From: Octopus vulgaris
Taxonomy: Eukaryota
DNA: 64,000 nucleotides
Assembly: GCA_951406725.2 (NCBI GenBank)
Contig: OX597837.1
Location: forward strand, 32,054,001 to 32,118,000
Reading direction: 5' to 3'
Part shown: positions 39,686 to 53,339 of the stretch, piece by piece
How the letters are laid out: every line of letters starts with the position of its first letter
How positions within the stretch are numbered: position 1 is the stretch's first letter
Notes under the pieces: model-generated
The model's input: only the letters and a program-made list of their open reading frames with translations
The model's database searches: none
What the model was told of the DNA's origin: nothing
Made by a program: the position numbers and the translations under genes

Positions 39686-40339
39686 TATGTGTGTGTTTAT
39701 TGCGCTCGCGTGTATGTTTACGTGTCTATATGTCTATATACAAAGATAGATAGAGAGAGAGAGAGACTCATATGTATATATAAACACGTGCATAGTAGAC
39801 AAACACAGATGCACAAGAAGACAGGCAAACGTGTGTGTGTGTGCGTGTGTATGTGTGTGTGGATGTATATGTGTGTGTGCGTGCGTGAGAGTGTATGTGT
39901 GTGTTTACGCGCGCGCAAGCGTACGTGTATGCAGTCATATATTGCTTTCGTTAATTTTACAAAACGAAAACAAAAACAAAAATGGTCAGAGCCTATGTCA
40001 GTGTACCTCCATAAGAACAAATACCACCTGAAATATTATGCGACCGGAAAAAAAGAAGAAAAACAAGCCAGGCTGATCTACAGAAATATTTCACTCATAG
40101 CTCAGAACTTCATCACTAAACTCTTTACACTAAAGAAAATATAGAAATATGACACTGTGTGATATTGTTTACGAAGGCGCCAAACATTAAGTAATGCCTA
40201 AATAGAGATTCGAATTTAATAACTATAACACATAACAACTCTAAAAAAAACTTGACATTCTTTTCGACTCAAAATCATAAACAATATATGTATGTGTGTG
40301 TGTGTGCATGAATATATTTATTATCTATATAAATATACA

Positions 40340-40375
<36 letters not shown>

Positions 40376-40492
40376 CATACAAATATATGTGTGTGTGATA
40401 TTTATAAAAAGTTCATATACATATGCATATGTGAGTATTTTACACACATATATATGCATATGTATATATGCGTGTGTATGTATGCATATGTG

Positions 40493-40562
<70 letters not shown>

Positions 40563-40602
40563 GTGTGTATATGTATTTATGTCTATATATATATATATAG
40601 GT

Positions 40603-41080
40603 AGGAGTGGCTGTGTGGCAAGTAGCTAATGCCTTGTGAGTGGATTTGGTAACGGAAACATGGTTCCGTCGTATATATGTATATATATATATATATATCT
40701 CTATATATAAACGGCAGTTTGTCTGTGTGTGTTTCTGTGTGTCTGTTTGCTTGTACCCTCACCCTGACCACGGCTTTCAACCGATTCTGATGAAACTTGA
40801 CACACTTATAGCCCAATGTCATAATTCAAAACTAACGCACCGAAAATTTTGAAAAGTTCCCCCAGTTCTGAAAAAAATCGATAAATTGACATGGGGTCGA
40901 GAATCCGAAACACAAACCACAAACTGTCTAGAGGACGCAACTCCACCTTTTTTAACTCTCAAAAAAAATTTACCATAATTTTTTTTCCATTTTTTTGCTA
41001 TTTTTTTGCTATAACTCTCTAAAAAATGCTTTATAGTTATTTCCCTTACAAACCTGAGCAACGCCGGGTGATACTGCTAG

Positions 41081-41130
<50 letters not shown>

Positions 41131-41352
41131 CGTGTGTGTTCGTGTGTCTGTGTTTGTACCCCTAGCATTGCTTGACAACTGATGCTGGTTTGTTTACGTC
41201 CCTGTCACTTAGCGGTTCGGCAAAAGAGACCGATAGAATAACTACTGGGCTTACAAAGAATAAGTCCCAGGGTCGAGTTGCTCGACTAAAGGCGGTGCTC
41301 CAGCATGGCCGCAGTCAAATGACTGAAACAAGTAAAAGATAAAAGAGTAAAA
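40603..41352 (+). mobile_element. SINE A (internal deletion in head) carrying a nested Helitron
   Basis: A 5' part at 40603-40675; A 3' part at 41140-41352. Confidence 0.88.
40698..41080 (+). mobile_element. Non-autonomous Helitron, copy 2, in the (TA)n of SINE A
   Basis: A|TCTCTATATATAAACGGCAG ... GCAACGCCGGGTGATACTGCTAG|T. Confidence 0.88.
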
Positions 41353-41484
41353 GAGATATGTATATGTATATACAAATATCGTAATGCATACATACACACG
41401 CATATATATGCATATGTATATATGCGTGTGTATGTATGTATATGTGTATATATATATACATGTATGTGTGTGTATATGTATTTA

Positions 41485-41535
<51 letters not shown>

Positions 41536-41859
41536 ATACATATACACATATATATACTTATATATGTATATTATATATGTATAAATAAAAAAAGTGTGTG
41601 TGTGTGTGTGTGCTTGTGCGTACGTGTATGTGCGTCTGCGTGTGTGTTTAATTGATAGCCAATATGGCTTTTCAGTCTCGGGATTCCGATTCACTCCCAC
41701 TGCACTGCACCCGGATGTCGACCCGGATCTAAAGTGCAAGACACCAAGTTGCACTGGTGTGCAATCGATGCAGAACCACCTGCTAGTAAAAACGATGACA
41801 ATTTCTTAAATACTCGGCAATGCTTGCAATTATACACTCACATTTTATAATTAGGGTTC

Positions 41860-42021
41860 AGGTTGTGTGGTAAGTAGCTTGCTTACCAGCCACATGGTTC
41901 CGGGTTCAGTCCCATTGCGTGGCACCTTGGTCAAGTGTCTTCTACTATAGCCTCGGGCCGACCAAAGCCTTGTGAGTGAATTTGATAGACGGAAACTGAA
42001 AAGAAGCCCATCGTATGTATG

Positions 42022-42066
<45 letters not shown>

Positions 42067-42263
42067 TTGTGTGTCTCTGTCCCCCGAACATCGCTTGACA
42101 ACCGATGCTGGTGTGTTTACATCACTGTAACTTAGCGGTTCGGCAAAAGCGACCGATAGAATAAGTACTAAGCTTACAAAGAATAAGACCTGGGGTTGAT
42201 TTGCTCGACTAAAGGTGGTGCTCCTGCATGGCCACAGTCAAATGACCGAAACAAGTAAAAGAG
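41860..42263 (+). mobile_element. SINE A
   Basis: Head to tail. Confidence 0.9.
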
Positions 42264-42689
42264 TATATACCTTGTCGCCGATGACAGAAAGCCCAGTATA
42301 TGGAAATGTGGATCGACACATTGATCCATTACCTGGGATATTCCCAGAAACAGCTGTAAGCCATTATTATTTACTTTTATTTTTGCTTACTTCGATTCAC
42401 TACTGTAATAATTAAAATCGTTTAAATCATTTGATAAGCTTGTCTTGCCTTGGTTTTGTTTTCCTCTTCCTTTAGTTTATACCCACTGACTCGGAAATAA
42501 ACTACGGATCCCCAGCTCCAGCCCTCCTTATGAACTTGATTCCTAGTGCCTTACCAAGTACAGCCCTCACACAGCGTACCTATCAGTTGAGATTATCAGT
42601 GGCTTAAACCCTTCCCATTATGTGTGTGAGTTTGTATAGTTGGTGCTTACGTTATGACCTTTACAAACTAACTTTTTTTTTTTTTTTTT

Positions 42690-43080
42690 TTTTACTTGTT
42701 TCAGTCATTTTGACTGTGGCCATGCTGGAGCACCGCCTTTAGTCGAGCAAATCGACCCCGGGACTTATTCTTTGTAAGCCCAGTACTTATTCTATCGGTC
42801 TCTTTTGCCGAACCGCTAAGTGATGGGGACGTAAACACACCAGCATCGGTTGTCAAGCAATGCTAGGGGGACAAACACAGACATACACACACACATATAT
42901 ATATATACATATATATACGACAGGCTTCTTTCAGTTTCCGTCTACCAAATCCACTCACAAGGCATTGGTCGGCCCGGGGCTATAGCAGAAGACACTTGCC
43001 CAAGATGCCACGCAGTGGGACTGAACCCGGAACCATGTGGTTGGTTAGCAAGCTACTTACCACACAGCCACTCCTGCGCC
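42690..43080 (-). mobile_element. SINE A, full length
   Basis: Tail to CCACTCCTGCGCC. Confidence 0.93.
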
Positions 43081-43508
43081 TAACTGTTTTCTTCGTGTAC
43101 ATTTAAGTGCTCCATTGTATGCTTGTGTCGAGACCTGTAAATGTATATGCGTAACTCTACAACGGTTTCACCCATCCTCAGCCGATCGAGTCAAAGATTC
43201 TGTTTTTCAATAATAAATTATGTTAGTTCTCTGTAACCCATCCTCCACGTCTCAGTTACGATATCGCTCAAATCCCTTCAACATATGTTAACCCTATTAT
43301 TCTCATTATTTCTATTTGTCCAAATCATAAATCATGTATTCTTTTATTCCGTTACTTGGGTGCGTTGTTATGAAGCTCTTATGTTTGGGTTCAGTCTCAG
43401 TGCGCCCCACCTTGAGCAATTTCGTTCTACTACAACTACATCCCCGGGTCGACCAATGACTTGTGAGTGAACCTGGTAGACGGAAACTGTGTGGAAGCCA
43501 TTCATGTA

Positions 43509-43618
<110 letters not shown>

Positions 43619-43666
43619 ATAATAAATATTCGGGAATAAATCCAAATTTACAGGAAAAAATTAATA

Positions 43667-43741
<75 letters not shown>

Positions 43742-43897
43742 CATATATATATATATATAGTCATATAACTAGCATTTTAAAATGGTAAGCATTCGAGGTC
43801 TCCCTGTGGCATGTAAGACCATTGATTTACCGCTAGGATGGTGGTACTCTCAAGCCGCAGGCCTAAAAAGTCTTTTTTTTTATCAATATTATCCTTG

Positions 43898-44108
43898 TAA
43901 GGCAGAATCGCTAGTACACCGAACAAAATGCTGAGCGTCATTTCGTCCGCTTTTACGATCTGAGTTCAAATTCCGCCGAGGTCGACTTTGCCTTTCATCC
44001 TTTCGGAGTCGATAGAATAAGCACCAGTTGAGCACTGGGGGTCAACGCAATCGACTTACTTCCTCCTATGAACTTGCCGGCCTTGTGCCAAAATTTGAAA
44101 CCAATATT
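43898..44108 (+). mobile_element. F-related SINE with alternative tail
   Basis: Core followed by GGCCTTGTGCCAAAATTTGAAACC. Confidence 0.8.
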
Positions 44109-44271
44109 AGTCTAGTGGATCATCCGACACTAAATTCGCTCTGATTTCCTCTCTTCAAGTCAATCTCACACTTTACTACCGATGTTGACCACAGGAAAGA
44201 TAAGGGACTCCCGGTGTCCCTGCAAGCGTTTACGTTGGATCTCAATAAGCCGAAACGGTTACTGTAACGTA

Positions 44272-45061
44272 TGGCAGCGAGCTGGCAGACACGTTAGCGC
44301 ACCGGTCAAATACTTAGCGGTATTTCGTCTGTCTTTACGTTCTGAGTTCAAATTCCGCCGAGGTCGACTTTGCCTTTTCATCCTTTCGGGGTCGATTAAA
44401 TAAGTACCAGTTACGCACTGGGGTCGATGTAATCGACTTAATCCGTTTGTCTGTCCTTGTTTGTCCTCTCTGTGTTTAGCCCCCTTGTGGGTAGTAAAGA
44501 AATAGGTATTTCGTCTGTCTTTACGTTCTGAGTTCAAATTCCGCCGAGGTCGACTTTGCCTTTCATCCTTTCGCGGTCGATAAATTAAGTACCAGTTACG
44601 CACTGGGGTCGATGTAATCGACTTAATTCGTTTGTCTGTCCTTGTTTGTCCTCTCTGTGTTTAGCCCCTTGTGGGTAGTAAAGAAATAGGTATTTCGTCT
44701 GTCTTTACGTTCTGAGTTCAAATTCCGCCGAGGTCGACTTTGCCTTTCATCCTTTCGCGGTCGATAAATAAGTACTAGTTACGCACTGGGGTCGATGTAA
44801 TCGACTTAATCCGTTTGTCTGTCCTTGTTTGTCCTCTCTGTGTTTAGCCCCCTTGTGGGTAGTAAAGGAATAGGTATTTCGTCTGTCTTTACATTCTGAG
44901 TTCAAATTCCGCCGAGGTCGACTTTGCCTTTCATCCTTTCGGGGTCGATTAAATAAGTACCAGTTACGCACTGGGGTCGATGTAATCGACTTAATCCCTT
45001 TGTCTGTCCTTGTTTGTCCTCTCTGTGTTTAGCCCCTTGTGGGTAGGGTAGTAATGAAATA
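44272..45061 (+). mobile_element. SINE F array, 4 units, one head, single TSD
   Basis: TATTTCGTC at 44321, 44507, 44691 and 44875 (period 184-186). TSD GGTTACTGTAACGTATGG at 44257-44274 and 45062-45079. Confidence 0.95.
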
Positions 45062-45302
45062 GGTTACTGTAACGTATGGATCTCGTCCGCCGTTCTAAAA
45101 CGCTAATCCACTATCGTGGACAAATATCCAATTGATAGGCGTTACAATGATAAAGCGCAAAAAAAAAAAAAAACTGATCACGGTGTTATTTGAAATCAGA
45201 TCGCGGAAGGTCGGAATGTATAATGCAAGACAGTTTATCCGGAACAATAACATAACTAATTCGTCAGTTTGTATTCCGCAAGTACACTGTGTCAGTTATA
45301 TG

Positions 45303-45345
<43 letters not shown>

Positions 45346-45380
45346 ATGTGTATATATATATATATGGATATACATATATG

Positions 45381-45417
<37 letters not shown>

Positions 45418-45547
45418 GCACGTGTATTCTGTGTGTATATATAAAACCTTAGGCCTGCGGCTTGGAGAGTACCACCTTCCTAGTGGTAGATCAATGATCT
45501 TACATGCCATAGGGAGACCACGGATGCTTACCATTTAAAAGGCTATG

Positions 45548-45696
<149 letters not shown>

Positions 45697-45929
45697 TCAG
45701 CGGCTGCTGCTAATACAACTACTACTAGTTTCTTAGGAAGTCACACATCTTACTTCCTGCTTCTCCGACAACAGGAAAATAGACTTACCTCCCTTTCTCT
45801 CACGCATTTCCCTACCTTCTATCACGTCCTGTCCGTCTGTTTGTCTGTCTCCCTGACTCTTTCTCTCCGCTCTCTCTCCATACACACACACACAAACATT
45901 TCTCTCTCTATCTCTCACTAACTACCTAT

Positions 45930-46636
45930 ATACATACATACATACATACATACATACATACATACATGCATGCATACATACATACATACATACATAAATA
46001 CATACATACATCATACATACATCCATACATACATCCATACATACATACATACATACATACATACATACATACATACATACATACATACATACATACATAC
46101 ATACATACATACATACATACATACATGCATACATACATACATACATACATACATACATACATACATAAATACATACATACATACGTCCATACATACATAC
46201 ACACATACATACATACATGCATATATACACACATGCATACATACAAACATACATACATACATGCATGCATACATACATACGTACATACATACATACATAC
46301 ATACATGCATGCATGCATACCTACATGCGTCCATACATACATACATACATACATACATACATACATACATACATCATACATACATACATGCATGCATACA
46401 TACATACATACATACATACATACATACATACATACATACATACATACATGCATACATACATACATACATACATACAAACATACATACATACATACATACA
46501 TACATACATACATACATACACATACATACATACATACAAACATATATACATACATAACATACATACATACATACATACATACATACATACATACATACAA
46601 ACATACATACATACATGCATACATACATACATACAT
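45930..46636. repeat. (CATA)n microsatellite, ~700 bp
   Basis: Directly visible. Confidence 0.98.
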
Positions 46637-47148
46637 GCCTACCTATCTATCTCTTTTTCTATCTGTCTATATATCTTTGCTTCTCTATCTCTCCATGTGT
46701 TCCAGACCTTCTCTTTCCTTCTCTATCTTTCTCCGTCTCTTTCTCTGTCTTTCTCCCCACCCCTTCTCTCTTACCACCTCCCTTCATTCTTTCCTGTTCC
46801 CTGTAGACAGTTGTCCTGGTAACAAAAGTTCCCTACAGACATTACTTCATGGTGATCATAGACATATTCTTGGAATATCATTAATATCAGATGTCTTTGA
46901 CGCACAAATTCCTTCACGACCATTTTGAGGGGGAGGGCGGGGGAGGAGTAATTTTTTTTTTTTAAATCTCTGTATGCCTCTGTGTGTGTATGTGAGCATG
47001 CTTATGCGCATGCGTATATATATGTGTGTGTTTGCGTGTGTACACACGTGTATATGCGTGTATGTGCGTGTATGTGTATGTGTGTATGTGTCTAAGTCTA
47101 TGTATGTGCCTGTATGCGTATGTCTACGTGTGAGTGTGTGTATGTGTT

Positions 47149-47181
<33 letters not shown>

Positions 47182-48743
47182 TTGTGTGTGTGTGTATGTG
47201 TATGTGTACTTGTCTCTATTGTGCGAGTTTATGTATGTGTGTATGTGTCTAAGTTTATGTATGTGCCTGTATGCGTATGTCTACGTGTGTGTGAGTGTGT
47301 GTGTGTGTGCGTGTGTTTGTGTGTGTGTGTGTTTTGTGTGTGTGTGTGTGTGTGTATGTGCCTATGTGTATGCGAGTGTGTGACTATTACCCTAAAGCCC
47401 CCCGCCCCCGAAGTCTTCACGTCAGTTCCCACCTCCCCACCACACTATTATACTTACATCTTTTTCTGACGGGTGGATGGGGTAGGAGGCAGAGGGAGAG
47501 GAGGACCAAGTGTAAGGGGTATGAGGGGGGGAGGGGAACCTAATGATAATCCTTTATGTCTTTTTAATAATTTTTATTTTTCTCTTGTGTTTCTTTTATA
47601 TCCTTCATCATAGAATCGTTGTTGTTGTTGTTGTTGTTGTTGTTCGTGTGTTGTAGGTATGTGTCTGATTTATTATTTGTCGTTCATTTATTTTATTATT
47701 TCATTTTATTTTATTTTATTTTTCTCTGTCACATCCTCTCTGATATTCTGCTACATTCCAAAATATGAATTAAAAGTCATATAATGTTCCATAGCAAACT
47801 GAAATGCGTCCATATCCGTCCCCCTGCCTTCCCTCCACCTAGCACCACCACCAACACCACCACCACCACCATCACCACCACCATCATCGCCTCTAACACC
47901 ACCACCAACAACAACAACACCACGCCTCACAAAGATGCAAGAGAAGAAAATATGCAGAAATTTACCCTAAATTCAATCCCCTCCCTCACCAAAGAAAAAA
48001 AAAATTATTGTACTCCCATACAAAATAATTGCACCCCACCTAAAAAAATAAAAAGCAAAGGGGAGTGGCATCCACACCTAGAATTCGCACCCAAAACTGT
48101 CCGATTTCCAAATGGCCAATACTGAAGTCTTCAGTTTCTGCTGTTTATTAGTTGCTACCAAGCATGTGCAAGGATGTTTATATTATATTATATTATATTA
48201 TATTATATTATATTATATTTTAAAATAAGTGCAAGAAAATTACATCAAAAAGTCATCACAAAAGATATACGTCCAAAAACATATTGTATTAAGAGATAGA
48301 TGTATAAATATGTAAAGTATGCTTACTTAAAACGTTTAAAATATCTTACGATCGTTTCAAGCATGTATTTCCCTTCGAAATGAAATCTAGAATTGATAAT
48401 CATTATTAGGTAATACATCCACTCGTCAGAGATAAAGGGTAAAATTCCGTGTAGTCAAGTGAATGCTATATAAAAAATATGTGAAAAAGATGTTGTTTAA
48501 AGATGTGTATACCTATTCTCAGCCTATGTCTATCTATCTGTGTGTAGGAAGTGCGTGTATGTGCGTGGGTGCACATGGGTGTATATGTACTGTGACCCAG
48601 GCCAACGGCCAGCAGTACCAGCACCAGCACGAATTTTTGTTGGCATCCTTTTTGTCTCGGGAGATAATGGAGTTGCACATAAAATAATTTAGTCCGGCTT
48701 TTACCTTTCATGTCCTAATATATCTCCTGCTGTGGCTGTGTAG

Positions 48744-49113
48744 TCCCAGTGGTTAGGGCAGCGGACTCGCGGTCATAGGATCGCGGTTTCGATTCCCAGA
48801 CCGGGCGTTGTGAGTGTTTATTGAGCGAAAACACCTAAAGCTCCACGAGGCTCTGGCAGGGGATGGTGGTGATCCTTGCTGTACTCCTTCACCACAACTT
48901 TCTCTCACTCTTACTTCCTGTTTCTGTTGTACCTGTATTTCAAGGGGCCGGCCTTGTCACTCTCTGTGTCACGCTGAATATCCCCGAGAACTACGTTAAG
49001 GGTGCACGTGTCTGTGGAGTGCTCAGCCACTTACACGTTAATTTCACGAGCAGGCTGTTCCGTTGATTCGGATCAACCGGAACCCTAATCGTCGTAACCG
49101 ACGGAGTGCTTCC
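48744..49113 (+). mobile_element. SINE B, slightly 5'-truncated
   Basis: CCCAGTGGTTAGGGCAGCGG to GGAGTGCTTCCA. Confidence 0.92.
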
Positions 49114-49461
49114 ATCCTGGACAAACACTCCCTTTGGCGGGTGCCGCAAATGTAGAGAAGACTTTACCTGGTTGGTTGGATTGTCATCTTTATATTCACC
49201 CATATTAGTTAAATACTTATGACTGCTATTGTTGCTCCTTAACGATGGCAATTATCCGCTCCTATCTTCTTCCTTTTTCTTCCTCCTCTCCTTTTCTCCA
49301 TTCATACCAACTCTATACGACTTCCACTCCCACACATTTGACCTCATCCTTCCCGTTCTTACTTCTTGACCGTTTTATTTCTTCAAAAATTTCAGTATGA
49401 CCTTCATTTATCTCGGCATGATGATTAGCTAATTTGAGTAATTATTCATCAGAGAATTCAG

Positions 49462-49637
49462 TATGTAGCCTGCATTTTACCCGTTCTTTCATCCGGATCT
49501 TTAATTTGCATTTCAGACTCACATCTGCGAGTGCGTTAACTTGCTATACAGAAACCTCAAACGACTTGCCAATATGACGTTCTTCCTCTTCTTGTTTTTT
49601 GTTTTATCTCGATTGCATGAAGCTTACAGATTAGCTA

Positions 49638-49673
<36 letters not shown>

Positions 49674-49920
49674 CATATAGAAACATATGTAGCCTGCATT
49701 TTACCCGTTCCACTTCGTCCTTTTGGATCTTTAATTTGCATTTGTAGACAACTCGAGTTGCTAACTATTAGCTATACAGAAACTTTCAGCTTATCGATGT
49801 TTCTTGCCAATAAATTGTCATTGTTCCTGATCGTTCACTGTCCTCTTCTTGTTTTTTGTTTTCAATACCTGTCACAGATTGCTTGAAGCTTACAAACTTC
49901 CTACACTTGGATCGCTAATC
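49462..49920 (+). repeat. Old diverged tandem duplication, ~225-bp period
   Basis: TATGTAGCCTGCATTTTACCCGTTC at ~49462 and ~49686; TCCTCTTCTTGTTTTTTGTTTT and TGAAGCTTACA are also repeated. Confidence 0.8.
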
Positions 49921-49926
49921 CTTACC

Positions 49927-50004
<78 letters not shown>

Positions 50005-50294
50005 GGATATTTTTGTAAATGTCTCATTTATAACTACGAGAATACTTATCTGCATGGCCGAAACAGCTGTAAGATGTAGTCCAAATCTATACTTATATTT
50101 ACTTATTTTTATATTATCTTATACATATTGTACTTACTGTATAACATTACTCCTTTATGTACACTATTTTGTTCTACTTTATTATGTTTGTCCTTACAGT
50201 TTCTTATGTGGTGGTTTAATAAAGTATGTGATTGGGTATTATCTGGTAATCGATATTTGATTTAGATGTATTTCTCCATTTTCTTATTTTGTAC

Positions 50295-50326
<32 letters not shown>

Positions 50327-50906
50327 ATATGTATATATGTATGTATGTATGTATGTATTATGTATGTATGTATGTATGTATGTATGTATGTATAAAAAAT
50401 AAAAATTGAACAAGAACGCAAAACATCCAGACAGTTAGTTAATACAAAAATGGGACAATAAAACAAACAGATAGACGATACAAAGAAAACAAGGACGGGT
50501 CATTCGGAGTTTTCTTTCCTCAGTCAAGTACTAGATTATCTTCGCAATTTCGGCTGATTATACTCGAGATTGCTCCAATCTGGCCAGCCCCAAGGAAAAA
50601 CTAAGCTAAGCGCATTAGATTCCTTGAAAGAAAGCAGTGAATATATACGAAAACAAGGACAGAAAAAAAAACGGAGAATGTTATACAACTACAAAAAAAA
50701 TAATAATAACAGAACATAACAACAGGTGTCTTTCGACTAAGGACGAATTAAATTAAGCTGGCTTGTGTGGAAGTAAAGCCTTACGGCAGGGATACAAGTT
50801 TCCACAGGCACAGGGAGGAATATCGATGTTGCACGGACGACTGCCAAGAAAGAAAGATCAGGCTTGGCAGATAGATAAATAGCTAGCTAGCTACACAGAC
50901 AGGCAG

Positions 50907-50908
50907 AC

Positions 50909-50978
<70 letters not shown>

Positions 50979-50989
50979 GATATATATAT

Positions 50990-51020
<31 letters not shown>

Positions 51021-51035
51021 CACAGACAGGCAGAC

Positions 51036-51122
<87 letters not shown>
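50907..51122. repeat. (GATA)n microsatellite
   Basis: Directly visible. Confidence 0.98.
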
Positions 51123-51124
<2 letters not shown>

Positions 51125-51627
51125 TTATCAGTCGCACATAGTGCAAGTATTTTGTCAATTTGCTGTGGGATAGCGTTCAAAGTAAAAGTCCTAACGCGAC
51201 GCCAAGTTTTAAAGACGAGTGAATGTTTTAGACGAGTTAAGACAACTCGCTCCGAAAATAAAAGAGAGCAACAGAAAATCAACTGAGTGATCTGTCACGG
51301 ATGGCTTTCGACTAGGCTCCCATGGAAAATTTTCTAGAAATCCCTGGCCCGGCAGTGCTACCGAGGTGCAGTGCTACCGAGGTGCAGTGCCCGGTTCGAG
51401 ATAGACTCTGCAGACACTGAAATACCATAAGACGTGAATGTCCGACACGAGGCACAAAGAACGAGACTACTCTGCACGCGCTCATCCAGTGCCCAAGCGT
51501 TGAAAAAGAAAGTGAAAGCGAAGAGGAAATTTCTAACTCTCAGCAAATTTGTTGAAAGGTGGATGAGAATAGCCAGCAATGATTTTAGTGAACTGGCCTG
51601 CTCTGAGCATGTTCCTGTGAATTGTTG

Positions 51628-52219
51628 TCTGTTCCTTCTCGAGCCACGCCTGGCTCATAGAGGGCCGGTTTCCCGGTTTCCTTGTCGTATAGGTTCCCCA
51701 CCTGGACGGGAAGCCGGTCCGTCGCAGTTGAGCTGCAAGATGCAGAAGGAAAGTGCGAGAGAAAGTTATGGCGAAAGAGTCAGCATAAGTTCGCCATTAC
51801 CTTCTGCCGGAGCCACGTGGAGCTTAGGTGTTTCGCTCATAAACACTCACATCGCTCGATCTGGGATTCGAACCCGCGATCCCTCGACCGCGAGTTCACT
51901 GCTCTAACCACTAGGCCATGTGCCTCTACAGAGGTTCGCCATTACCTTCTGCCGGAGCCGCGTGGAGCTTAGGTGTTTCGCTCATAAATACACACATCGC
52001 CCGGTCTGAGATTCGAACCCGCGATCCCTCGACCGCGAGTCCGTTGCTCTAACCACTAGGCCATGTGCCTCAACATAGGTTCGCCATTATATCCTGCCGG
52101 AGTCGCACGGAGCTTAGGTGTTTTGCTCATAAACACACACATCGCCAAGTCAGAAATTCGAACCCGCGATCCCTCGACCGCGAGTCCGCTGCTCTAACCA
52201 CTAGGCCATATGCCTCCAC
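51628..52219 (-). mobile_element. SINE family D (B-like head/core, different tail) with three tandem heads
   Basis: ~145-bp head at ~51790-51930, 51931-52075 and 52076-52219. TSD TCCTGT(G/A)AATTG at 51613-51624 and 52220-52231. Confidence 0.9.
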
Positions 52220-52487
52220 TCCTGTAAATTGATAAAGGACTATTAAGAGAGAGTATTTGCCTTAGTGGTCAATGTGACCGTGGTTTTGTGGCCTCCAATG
52301 TGTTGGTTGATTTTTCTTTGAATTTTTGAATTTATATTTTTTTCTTATTTGTTATTTTCCTCATTTGACTTGCATTTTTATGTAATCCAACACTATATCG
52401 TTCAGAACCGTTCCTGATATTTTTGTCAAGCCTTGGTGGTTAATGAAGAAAACATTATAATTATAAATTTTTTTTTTATCATTGTTA

Positions 52488-52551
<64 letters not shown>

Positions 52552-52921
52552 GAACCATACAGCGAGGGACGGTACATTCGTTTTTACCCAGCCCCTCCCA
52601 AAGTATGTGAACTTGTGTCTATGAGAACTTACTGTTAAAACATCTGTGAATATTTAAAAAAAAAACAAACGAAAAACCAACCTGAGGCTGAGAAAAAGAA
52701 AAAAAAACAATTCAGAGAAAATACCAAAAAAAAAAAACAAAAAAAGAAATTCCTACAAAACAAGCGAAAGACAAACGCAATGAGAAGAACAAAACGAAAC
52801 AGGAAATAGAATTTATAAAAAGAAAAAAATACACAAAAAGCAAAAACTATGCAAAATATAAAAAATAAGGTGTAGGCGTGTCGTTAAGAAGTGAGTTTCG
52901 CCACCACGTGGTTCTTTTACC

Positions 52922-53339
52922 TATTTCTTTACTACCCACAAGGGGCTAAACACAGAGGGGACAAACAAGGACAGACATAGGTATTAAGTCGATTACATCG
53001 ACCCCAGTGCGTAACTGGTACTTTAATTTATCGACCCCGAAAGGATGAAAGGCAAAGTCGACCTCGGCGGAATTTGAACTCAGAACGTAACGGCAGACAA
53101 AATACCTATTTCTTTATTACCCACAAGGGGCTAAACACAGAGGGGACAAACAAGGACAGACATAGGTATTAAGTCGATTACATCGACCCCAGTGCGTAAC
53201 TGGTACTTTAATTTATCGACCCCGAAAGGATGAAAGGCAAAGTCGACCTCGGCGGAATTTGAACTCAGAACGTAACGGCAGACGAAATACCGCAAAGCAT
53301 TTCGCCCGGCGTGCCAACGTTCCTGCCAGCTCGCCGCCT
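52922..53339 (-). mobile_element. SINE F array, 2 units
   Basis: TSD CACGTGGTTCTTTTACC at 52905-52921 and 53340-53356. Confidence 0.95.

Larger units (their letters stand above)
43770..45545. repeat. ~96-bp inverted repeat pair (43770-43866 and 45449-45545)
   Basis: AAATGGTAAGCAT...CAAGCCGCAGGCCTAA and its reverse complement; the outer ends lie next to (TA)n. Confidence 0.85.

Noticed and set aside
44272-45061. CRISPR-like or retrozyme-like array
   Set aside because: Units are full-length repeats with no unique spacers and no cas genes; no CUGANGA/GAAA hammerhead fold was found in the unit.
51352-51390. 16-bp tandem repeat GCAGTGCTACCGAGGT x2.4
   Set aside because: Simple slippage duplication with no further structure.
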